Shown: positions 52,728-64,000 of the stretch, piece by piece
Layout of the letters: each line of letters begins with the position of its first letter
Numbering within the stretch: position 1 is the stretch's first letter
Assembly (NCBI GenBank): GCA_964270895.1
Contig: OZ185435.1
Length of the DNA: 64,000 bases
Direction: 5' to 3' (one strand)
Source of the DNA: Podarcis filfolensis
Lineage: Eukaryota
Notes under the pieces: model-generated
Seen by the model: only the letters and a program-made list of their open reading frames with translations
What the model was told of the DNA's origin: nothing
The model's database searches: none
Translations under genes and position numbers: made by a program

Positions 52728-55154
52728 TAAAAGGGAAATCAGTGGGTTCCACATATCAATCCAGCACTATATATGCTGAATATGCAACCCTCTTAGTTTT
52801 AGAAGGACCTTGGTTTCAGAAATGCTAATAACAAAATAAAAAACAAAGAAAAAAAGTCTTGAGAAAAAAAATCTAAGGAGTCTTACTAAATCCTAATCCT
52901 GCATAATGGCCAATAATGCTCACCAACTTAATTACACACAAAAAATCTCCTTTTGTTTATTTAAAAGCCACTGCTTGAAATAGATTTCCCCCTCTTTTCT
53001 CTTCCCCATTTATCATGGAAGAGTAATGTCAAATAAAGGTCTATTAGAAAGGGAAAAACACTTCTAAATACAAAGGAAATTATCCTCTGGCTTTTCCTGC
53101 CATTATTAATGACTTACAATAGCTGAGTCACAAATAAACTAAACTGTTCTTATTGGCACTTAGAAGACTTCTTAATAAAACACAGAACCAAGACGGTAAG
53201 TGAATTTTCACTACAGGTTCTGTGAATGACTTAGTAACAAAAATAAGATCAGAATTTGACGAGAAATTAAGATCTGGTTTAATTCAAAAATTAATACCAA
53301 AGACAAAATACACCTTAAGAAATAGTTTCAATCCTCAGCACTGCAAGATCTGCCCTTCTATTTCTGAGAACAAACCTGATTTTCTTGATGTTCTACTGAG
53401 GTGCTTATTGGCTTGATGGTTTCAATCATATCTTATTATTGTATTTAACATTTTTATGGAGATTGCTGATTTATTGTTTATTGCTGGGTTTATTTACTGA
53501 GCTTTGGTTTATCTTTTAGGTCACCTTGAGAGGGCTTTTACCCTTACAAGTGACCTAAAAATATTATAAATAGATGTTAGAAACTCTCATTAGAAGAAGG
53601 ATGCAATCTGCAATCTTAATAAGAAAAGACCAGTAAAGAAGCTGCCTTATACCAGAGCAGAGTATTTGCCCATATAGCCCTCTATGGTCAGCTCTGACTG
53701 GCAGCAACCTTCCAGAGTCAAAAGGAGAGGCCTTGCTGCTTGCACATCATCTGCTTTAATCCTTTTAACTGGAGATGCCGAGGAAGTAACATGGGACATT
53801 TTCTATGCAAAATATGTGTTGTGGCACAGATTTATGGTCCTTCCTCATATATATAATAATACAACATTTATTTGCAGAGAGTTTCCCCCCTTCAGACATT
53901 GCAAAATTAGGCTCAGAGTTTTACAAGTTAACATCTGTAATATTGTCAGGTGGCAAATGTTTTATACTAGCACTATCACCAGGACCGGACAGAACATCAC
54001 TGATCCTTCCATTCCTCAGAGCAGAACAGACAATGTCTGATAGAACTGTAGTAGACGCTCAAACTGCAGACAAATGGCCACATCAGGGGGAAATACTGCC
54101 TGTCGTACAGACAGTTAAAAACAATTAAACATCAGCCCACAGGATTCCTGTATGTTTTATAAGAAATGACTAGCTTGCCAATAGCAAATCCATCACTTCT
54201 AAACAATTCCAGCCTGAAGCTATGTAATTCAGCTACCCTTAAGGGCCATCAGAGAAGACAAGGTAAATGCAGCATCATATAACATACTGCTTTAGATGGA
54301 AATATTTGCACCAATCAATAAATACTATTCTCTTCACACTCATTATGCTACACCTTGTTTTTTACTTGTAAGGATAAAGCACCAGGCAGGTCTTTATCCA
54401 TCTTATTAGCACTTTTGGTCCAGTCTGTTTCTGGTATGCAGCCTTGGGGTTAATGCCCCTCAGTGTGCCAGTGCCCCTGACAATTGCAATGCAGATACAG
54501 AGTCAAAAATAGGGGTCAGTGCCTGGGTGTGTATGCTAGATGCTCATATTGCATCTGGATTTTCTATGTAACCTGGAACAATATGTTTGTGCCCTGAATC
54601 TGGCAATTCTAGGTGAGAACAATAACAGCAGGCAATACTTCCACTCTACTTCTTGCTCTTAAAACACCATGTACTAGCAAAGCAACAAATCTATCTAATT
54701 CAGTAAGCTCTGAACATGTTTCCTCAAATCCATTTCAGATCATACCCTAGACTATCCATGGTCTGGCCAAATCTGAAATGGATATGAAAACTGGCCTCAT
54801 TACATGCAGCACATAGTGTTCTTGAAGCTCTCTATGCCACTTTCATCATTTGTTGCAACTTACCAGAAGCAGGGTTGTGAGGAGAGTACTAGGGGAGAGT
54901 CCAAGGAATGCCACAGCAGGCACATGAACACATGTTGGCCACAGAATTAAAGGCTGCTGGAAACAATGGGAGCTCCAGTTCTCACATTTTATCTATCCCT
55001 AGAGTTGAACTGTCAACATATGCAGTAGTATCCAGGACCTCAGTTACTGCTGTGTCATTTTGAGGAGTCATTTCTGCCATCTCCTATCATGTCCCATAAG
55101 ATCCAAAAGTGAGAATACAGGAGCAGATGCTGAATTTGCACTTGAACAACTTTC

Positions 55155-55287
55155 CTCAACCTGTGGGTCCCCAGATGTTGTTGGACTACAACTCCCATCA
55201 CCCCTAGCTAGCAAGGCCAGAGCTCAGGGATGATGGGAGTTGTGGTCCAACAACATCTAGGGACCCACAGGTTGAGAACCGCTGCTC
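55155..55287. mobile_element. Foldback MITE with 46-bp arms (ccagatgttgttggactacaactcccatca family)
   Basis: 55155-55200 and 55231-55276 are reverse complements with 2 mismatches. Confidence 0.8.
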
Positions 55288-58200
55288 TAGAATTTGGTCC
55301 AAAGTTCAGTTTAATATTGGAGAAGACTTGGATGGGTCTACTAATCAGCAGAATCTGTTTAATCTACAACCACAACATATGCATGGCAAAAGAGCGCTTA
55401 CCGTGCCTTAAATTCAAAGTCACATCAGGCATGACATTATTAGCACCGTGTAATAAATTATCTCTGAAAATTCTCTCTGCTTATGAAAAATGTCCCATAC
55501 AATTCTTATATATGCAAGCATAGCTTACTGGGATGGATCGTAACACTGAAAAGTCTTTACAGATTCTTCTACCATCTATGTGCCCTTCTCTTTCTCAGCA
55601 TCTTCTCCCAAAATATCCACACATTGAACTGCAAACAGCTCTTTCTAGAAAGTCTGGGAGCTAATCCATGAGCCATTATGAAAATTTTTCTAATCAAATC
55701 CTGCTTTCTCTCCCCCCCTCCACTACCAGTGTTTAGAGGCCTACCTCCCATACATAATCACCCAAGACTCTGAAAAGAACATGCAATCTGCTTTCTCCTT
55801 GAAAGGAAGAGCAACCTTGCAGACCTATCAATATTCTTTTGCTCAGCACAACTAAATTAATGAAGAAAATTAAGTGCAGAGGCAATTACAACTCTTAAAT
55901 CATCTTTCTTTATCCTCTTGCCAATATTAAGCTGAAGAAATCCCTTAAAGTCAGCATGTAGGTATTTTTTATAAGCCCGCAATCCAAACTGCAAGAGCTT
56001 CATCCTAATATAAATTCTATTTCTATTATAAAATGGAACTTCTGAATTTTTATGAACTCATTTTTTGCTATGATCACCATCCCATAAACGCTGCCTTGAC
56101 TTCTCTAATGACACACATCTCTGTTTTCCAAATCCAGTACTGATCTTTTCTCCTTCACAGGCATGCTTAGGGTTTTGCTGACTACCACCACCAACCCGCT
56201 CATTCTTTCTGAAGAATAAATGGGCAGTAGCATTTGGTTATGGTGTAACTATATTTGATTGCTACTACAAAGAATTATGCTTTTTTCCTGCATTTTCAGC
56301 CTGTTGGGATGTTAATGTTGCATTGTATTGATCTGCTGTAACCCACCTTAGGAAAGTATACATCCTAAAAGGCAGACAGAAAATCCATTAAAAATATTAA
56401 AAGGCCAGTTTGTTTTCTTCATCATTTTGGAGCATTTTCAAGATAATGTTATGTGTATCTTGAAAGATTGCTATTTCATTATCATGTGCCGATTAAATGC
56501 CATGTACAATTTGTATCATTATGACCTCTACTGCCTGTTGACATACCATATTTTTCCCTAGGTAAATTCCTAATTTGTTGATTAAGTACTTAATGTGACA
56601 AATGTCACCAACTGTGCTATTAAAAATACTGCACAGAAAAACAAAACATTTTTTGTACATTTCCCCAGCCACCTTCAATCATATTCTGTGCTCTTATAAT
56701 TATGTCTTAATAAATTGCAGGAGAGGGGAGTAGTAACTAAAACTGTCAATTGAGAAGGGAACCATACTTTTTAATGCTGAACTTGCTTCTTGTATAGCAA
56801 TGTTTCCAAACTGTGTGTGGATGGATGAGCTATAAATAACTGAATATGTGCATGTTTCTGCAAAGAAATATAGAAAATGTGTTCCCTCTCACAGAATATA
56901 AGAAAGAAGCAAGAGTACTCTACAGAAAGCTTTTGGTTGTTTTTCTTTTTTCTTTTGCTTTACAAAGACTTAAAATCCTTACAGTTCTTATAATAGCTTA
57001 AAAGGGGCCAGTCAGTGGCATTACCCAAAGGCTCAGAACTCTTAATTCAATAAATTTATCACATTAGCATCCACTTCTCTGTGCTGATGTTCTTCTTTAT
57101 TCCAAGACTGCCACAAACCACATCTACTTCCCACGCATTGGTCAAGATGCCAACTCCAAATGTTCAAATAACCTAATAGCCTTCCTTACATTTCAATTAC
57201 AAAAAACAGATATTCTCCTTTTAAAATGTAATGCAGCAGAACGCTGATTTACCCAAGTTGCTTTTATCTAAAATTCCTTGTTGGCCTAATGGAAGACAAA
57301 AGCCTTCAGAATGTTGGTGAGTCAGGGTGGGAAGCTCTGACTGTTCCACATTAGACTTGCCTCTGACCTTTTTGACACCACGAAGGGAAATTCAACCTTC
57401 CCTGCCCCCCTTTACTTCTGTATTTGGACATTAATTATATGAAAAGGGGAAATTATATTGGATCAGGCCCTGTGAGACTCAGGGTCAATAGAAGATCCCC
57501 TTCATCACCTCCACAGCAGTTATGTCTCTCAGGAAAGTTGGTTAGGGACCTATGTTCTGGAGGGAGCGATCACTTACTTACAATTAAATGAAATGTCTGA
57601 GGGTTCCTTTCCTTTAAACGCCAAGTTGTTAGGCTGCCCTGCACTTTGAAAATGGTGACATCAATATGCCCCTCCATGTATACAGTTGTGATGACTGGAG
57701 CAGCCCTCTTCTTAATATATAATGCCATGGCAATGACACTATGCCGTGTAGTGTTGTCTCCAAGGAAGCAAATATGCACCCAACCAATTTCAAACCACTT
57801 GGCAGCTGGGAGAGTTTGGAGTCAAGCCACTTGCTGCTTTTAAGTTATTTCTAAAGGGAATTCTTGGCCATCCCCCTGAACCTTTCACCACCCTCTCTTG
57901 ATCATCCCCATTCCTCCAAATGTGTCAAAAAAGTTCAATGGAGAACATCTGGTGCAGGCCTAACCTTTTCTAATTAAATATTCCACTTTATCTAACCTAA
58001 TGATATAAGGGCTAAATTATACATGATCAGGAAGCCACATATATTTTATCCACATTTATATTTTATATTGATCCGCATATATTTTTATCCCACATCTCCC
58101 AAAACGACACTACTAGAACTCAAAAAGGTGCAAAAAGGTGCATCAGTGATTATGAGGTAGTTGGAGCACCTTTCCTAATGTTACATTTTACTAAATGTTG

Positions 58201-58354
58201 CATTTTAGTTTAGAAATAAGGACTAATGGGATATACAACAGAGGTTTAGCAAGTTATGAGTAGTGTGGAAAAGTAGAAGTTTTTCTCCCACTTTCATACA
58301 AGAACTCAAGGTGACCCATGGAACTGACTGGCAGGAGATTTGAGGAAATAAGTA

Positions 58355-58602
58355 CCGTATTTTTCGCTCTATAAGACGCACCAGACCACAAGACGCACCT
58401 AGTTTTTGGAGGAGGAAAACAAGAAAAAAATATTCTGAATCTCAGAAGCCAGAACAGCAAGAGGGATCGCTGCGCAGCGAACCCTTTTGCTGTTCTGGCT
58501 TCTGGGATAGCTGCACAGCCTGCATTCACTCCATAAGACGCACACACATTTCCCCTTACTTTTTAGGAGGGAAAAGTGATTCTTATAGAGCAAAAAATAT
58601 GG
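58355..58602. mobile_element. Tc2/pogo-like MITE with TA TSD and a 62-bp internal palindrome
   Basis: TA|ccgtatttttcgctctataaga...tcttatagagcaaaaaatatgg|TA (22-bp TIR, 2 mismatches). Confidence 0.82.
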
Positions 58603-61600
58603 TAAGTGTCTTTTTCACATAGCATGTAACTTCAACATTAATAATCTATATTTTAAAAATGAATTACACACTGTTCAATAAATAGATATTGAAAAATAGT
58701 AAGGGTGATGGTAACTCTCTAATGAGAGCCGCTTTAAAGCACAAAGCAGAGTAATCTGTTCTGATTAGCAACTCTAGGGAGGAGAAAAGAATTACAGATG
58801 GAGACTAATTTCATATGAAAGTTCAAATCAAATTATGCAAATGACAGGGTATGGTTAAATAATGAGCCCTATAGAATGTCCTGAGGAAATATCATTACAT
58901 GAAAATGAAATTATTTAAAAACAGAGTTTCATGGCATTACACTGAGCTTTATTTAAGCATCATTGTCTGATGTTTGGAATAATTTTATTTAGCTTCCTAG
59001 CAGGCTGTGGAGAATTTGAAGCCTATTAACTGCTTAGCCTAACATCAATAGTCACCTGTGCAATATTCTTGGACCAATGCCTTGCAACATTAAAAAAAGG
59101 TCTATACTGAGTAGCAAAAATTAATCAGAGGTTTTAAACACACCTTTCAGTAAATGTATGTTGAGTATCATTTGGAAAAGAAAAAATGAAAACTGAAATT
59201 GGGAAGAGGAAAGTGTGTAACTTCCCAGAGACTCATATAATATAGTATCCAAAAGGTAGGTGCTGCTGGCTAAATAGAACCTTGAACTAGAGCACTTATA
59301 TTAGGAGATGAGGATATACTGCAACATCATCACCATCACCATTATGATGATGATGATGATGATGATGCAGGTCCCACCTTGTATCACCAATATCTGCAGT
59401 TCTGGCAAATATTACCTTGTACTGAATGGCAGATCAAATCTCCATCTATCTATATCTCATATATTCTCACTACCCACCTCCACCCCTTTATCCCCAGGTA
59501 GTATAAGAGACCTACTTACAAGATGGCTTTTCTCAGTTACTGCATCAAACAGTGATTAGAACCAAAAAGAACTCATTTGTTAATTGTGGACAGAGATGCT
59601 GCCACATCTTTAAAACCTTCAAAAGACATTGTTAAAATGCATCCACCATGAGTCCACTGGTCTCTGTTTGTGATGCCAATACTAGTAACCCTGAGACTGA
59701 GGTTCCTTCATTTTGCTTATGCTTGAAATATTAGGGGGAAGAGCATATTCTGAGACATACTATTCCTCTTCCCACCAGAATCCTCTCCAACCTTTCTAGG
59801 GATAATATACCCAAGATGGACGCAAAGTGAACAGATGCTGTACTACTTGAGACGTCTCAAAGGGGATTTGCACATGTTCCTGTAACATGCAAACACATCA
59901 TGTCTTTCATATGCATGCTGCCCTCCCTACCCTGACAATGCATAGACATGAGGCAAGGTGGGATTGAGGTTTCTTTATAGAGGCGCCAAAAACCATAGTT
60001 CAATGACAAAGCACATGCTTTGCATGTAAGAGGTCCCAGGCTCAGTAACTGGTATATCCAGTGGGAAAGACTCCTGCCTGAAACCCAAGAGAGTTGCTAC
60101 CAGTCAGCATCAACAGTGCTAAGTTAGATTGAAAAATGGTCTCACTTGGCATAAGGCAGCTCCCTATAATCCTATGCTCCATCATATGGAACTCCCTGCC
60201 TAGGTCTGTCTGGCTGCTGCACTGTCCTGCTTCAGGAACTTGGAGGATGGAGAACCTATCTTTTCCCCAGTTAAAAGGTTTCTGGAACAGAAAAAATGTG
60301 CTCTGCAGTTTTGTGGTTATAATGTGGCTTTATGTTTCTTTCTGATGATGTGTTTGAGGTTATTTTTACATGTTTAATTTTTTATTGATGGGTTTCATGT
60401 ATTTTTCACTGCCGTTGCGGAGACCTATAAAATGAATATATAATCATGGTTCATGGGGTCATTTCTGGCAATCCAGAAAACATAGTGATATAATGCCACA
60501 GATAAGTGGGCATGGGTCTGGTTTTGCAATGTACAGTATCTTACCAATACCATCTCCGTTGTGCATGCATACATCAGCAGATTGGGTAGGGGATAGCACA
60601 TTTCACAATGTATCACTAGTATGTGTGGATCTACCCTCACTACTCTTATAAACTTCCATTTATGTAGAAATCTGTACAGGCATAGAAGCTAAGCCACTGG
60701 CAGCAATTTGTAGCACTACACACCGAAATATATGCATTGTGACATTTATGCCTTCTCAAAACATGCAGATCTTATTGCAAGATTAGTGTAAAGTTTGGAG
60801 GACCAAATCAATACTGTAATTGAAAACACAAACATATGTCTCTGTATTCTAGTGAAACAAAGGGTATTTCCTTACCACTGTATTTAGAAAGGATTAAAGA
60901 CACATTTCCCAGTTTTGTTGAATCAATATTGGTTTCTGTGTTTCTTGTACATATTGGTTCTGCACAATAACTCCTAAATGTGAACATTTACTTGCTGAGG
61001 GAAGGGGAAGAAAGTTGGGAAAAGAAGATCGAGGTCTTAGAGGCAGCCGTGATATCTTAAATAACAGCTGTGGTGGGGACAATGGGCAGCCTACAGAAGT
61101 GGTGCCAAAGGTGATGATCATGATGATATGTAGAATTTAACTGAGCTTTTGAATGTTCAAACATTTCACCAACATTATATTGTCACAATCATTACAACAA
61201 CCCTGTAAGTATTGTAATATTGACACTGATCTTTCCAGGTGAGGAGGTGAGGTTAAGGTTGAGAGACTATGGTTTGTTTAGGACAACTTTTTTCCTATGT
61301 CTGCTCTGGCAACACCTGGACCTAATAATGTCAACCATAACATCCAGAGTTCATCCACCTGCTCATATTTAAATGTTGTATATGCCATTATCTGCCAACA
61401 TCACCCTTCCATGGTCCACATAAGACAAATAGGTCAGTATCAACGCAGAGAAATAAATTAACAATATTGGCTACTTCTCCATGGTTTATTAATCCAGGCA
61501 TGTTATGTAAAAACCAGCTCAACAGCCTGTTAATTTTGACAACTGTGCCATAGTTCTCATATTCTAAGGAAAGGTAAACAATGATTTCCAGTTCACTTTC

Positions 61601-61984
61601 TGCACACCCCTCGTGATTATATAATGCTGAAATCATCTAGGTAATAACCTAGGAATATAATTTATTCCACTCTCAATGTTGCTTTTTTCAATTAACTGTC
61701 CTTCAGGTATAGACAGTGGTTTGACAGCTAATTACCTACTCACAAAGACAAATTCCAAAATAATTTCTAAAAGCTTTCCTATAATAATTTTGTAATTAAT
61801 GGTGGCACATGATATGGTAAAAGTCTATGAAAGCTGTTTTATATTTCAGTATATCAGCCTAACAGCATCAGGTGATAGAAATATTGTTTCATGAGGCTTT
61901 CCAGATGAAACTCCAAGCCAATTTTCAGGCCACAATGAACTAATCTCTAAGTTTCAGTTTCACATGCCTGAGAAATTACATTAC

Positions 61985-62215
61985 CTGCTGAACATCTTGC
62001 TGGAAAACACAAAGTTGAAGCCTCTGATGTAACCGGACCTTCCTGTGCTGCCAGATGCTCTCCAAACGCCGTTGGTGATGCAAGACCTCATGGACCACAT
62101 CCAAAACTTGGTGAACAGCCTTGGAATAATTAGCTGTGGCAGTAAGAGATTCCGAATTCCCCGGACTCAAGGGACGCTGTAAGACATCCAGCAAAGCCTT
62201 TCCATCCTGGCTTAC
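61985..62215 (-). CDS. KALRN: KALRN coding exon (spectrin repeats), VSQDGKALLD...CVFQQDVQQ, 231 nt, phase 0-0
   Basis: Acceptor cttacag|GTAAGC at 62216/62215 and donor CAG|gtaatg at 61985/61984. The 77-aa translation matches kalirin as I recall it (human about aa 471-547). Confidence 0.96.
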
Positions 62216-63479
62216 CTGTAAGATTAAAAGGGGGGGGGGGAATCCATCAAGTTGAATGTTATAAAATTGTTCAGGTAATTGTGTTTTAAAAATACATATG
62301 TAATTAAATGGGGTCACTCTTTTTCTTTCTTGCCCTGTGAAAAGGCAAACTCAGAAGGATATTTATTCCTAAGGTTCAGACACTTAATTCACAAACTTCA
62401 CTTTCTTCTTAAGAAAACATGGGTGAATTCTCTTCAGTGTTTCCTTTTAAAAACTGCCTATAAGTGGGGGTTGTTCTAAGCTGTAATGTTGGTGAAAACT
62501 GTATATGGAAAAATGGAATTGCCATTAATTTATACCGATGCAACACAGCAGGCTCACACCAAAAGAGTGTACTTAAAACATTGCCCTTCAAGCCTATTAT
62601 GAAAACATTCAAGCAAATTAGAACTTCACTAGGTACTTTGTTGCATACAGTATTTACTACTTTATTTTGAACACAGTGGGAATCCATACTTGGTTTAATG
62701 GCTTTTCTTCAGTGCTTTTAAAAAAAATTGTTCTGATAATGTTGTTATAGATATCATAGAAACACCAATAAAAAGAACATGAATTATGTGAGTCCTGAAA
62801 GTCACTGCAAATGAATGAATGGGTTTTGAAAGAATTATTTAGAAAGTAAGCAGCTACCTGCCATTTAAGCCTTCCAGCGCTCCCTTTAAGAAGTAAAAAT
62901 ACATGTATGTCTTATGTCAGTGATTTGCATTTTACAAGGATTGTTCAAGGTTAAAATACACTTAGAGAGCAGCTTTGAAGTGTGTATTGTATCATAAGTT
63001 GAAAATGGGGCTATACAATCAAACTAGTGGGTGAATTCATTCTCCCCTCAGTTCAAATTGTAATTGGGTTGCTAATTGCAAGCATCATCAGAGAACACTG
63101 AAAAGAGATCAGTTTTTCCCCTAGAGTTCTAAATTGGCTTACTTTTAGGGAACACACATGTGCATTTTTGCACTGCTGCTAAGAGATTATTTTATTTTTA
63201 AAATGTATATAATGCCCTTTATTAACTTTGTTTTTGTTCTTCCAGCAGTAAATTAAGGATTTGGTTTTTTAAAGATAATGTGTATACAATACATGCCCTG
63301 CATTTGGGCATAAGTTCCCAAACTTTTCAGTTTGCCAACCCAATAGCCCAAATGTTATTGGTATGGTGACTCATTTTATTGCCATAATCATGATCCCTAT
63401 CCACACTATTAAAAAACAACAGCTATACAAGTTATTATCTCCTTCTTCTTCTGTACTTCTATCATCTCTTTCACAGTTA

Positions 63480-63720
63480 CAGTGGTACATCGAGTTACAA
63501 ACGCCTCAGGTTACAAACGCTTCAGGCTACAAACTCTGCTAACCTGGAAGAGTTACCTCGAGTTGAGAACTTTGCCCCAGGATGAGAACGGAAATCACGT
63601 GCCGGCGGCGTAGCAGCAGCAAGAGGCCCCATTAGTGAAAGCACGCCTCTAGTTAAGAACAGTTTCAGGTTAAGAACGGACCTCTGGAACGAATTAAGTT
63701 CATAACTAGAGGTACCACTG
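63480..63720. mobile_element. Tc1/mariner-superfamily (pogo/Tigger-like) MITE with TA TSD
   Basis: TA|cagtggtacatcgagtta...taactagaggtaccactg|TA; internal sequence is collinear with the 32305 copy. Confidence 0.85.
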
Positions 63721-64000
63721 TACCAGGGATATATACAATTTAATTATATGTCTGTAAAGCGCTTTGAGATTTTTATTAAAAATATAAAGCAGTATAGAAT
63801 TTTTTTTAAAAAAATTAATTACTTTGTGCAAATTATTTGGAGAACGTTACTTAAGCAAAACAGAGTTTGGGTTTTACTTTGTGTAGGTAACACACTGTGC
63901 TAGTTATGGATTAATATTTAGACCAGAAGTTGACAGTGGTGGCTGTCTAGTGTTTCACAGTTTCTCTTACTGTGCAATCCAGCACTGCAGGCAGCTAAGA

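Overview
Vertebrate genomic DNA from a squamate reptile, probably a lacertid lizard judging by its repeat content (Sauria SINE, BovB/RTE, CR1, L2, TA-flanked MITEs). The whole window lies inside one gene on the minus strand: KALRN (kalirin, a Trio-family RhoGEF). I reconstructed 11 consecutive coding exons of the spectrin-repeat region (61985-62215, 48093-48215, 37695-37886, 30076-30245, 24700-24874, 21272-21467, 19304-19470, 6269-6388, 3680-3898, 2595-2744, 662-776). They total 1858 nt, have matching phases at every junction and form one open frame (VSQDGKALL...GPEQQVK). Two of these exons (48.1 kb and 24.8 kb) are absent from the ORF track. The start and end of the gene lie outside the window. 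Splicing features read directly from the sequence are one GC-AG intron, a tandem acceptor adding SLFHATSLQ and an exon that begins with a donor-consensus sequence; several unannotated microexon or first-exon candidates are inferred. The introns hold many mobile elements. The most unusual are (i) solo-LTR-like elements carrying a long acidic-then-basic reading frame open from the LTR edge, (ii) a 1.15-kb non-coding L1-type element with a target-site duplication, a CpG-rich 5' end and an A-rich tail, in sense to KALRN, and (iii) a young BovB insertion with a 5' inversion. Family names and comparisons with human/rodent KALRN come from recalled sequences, not from a search.
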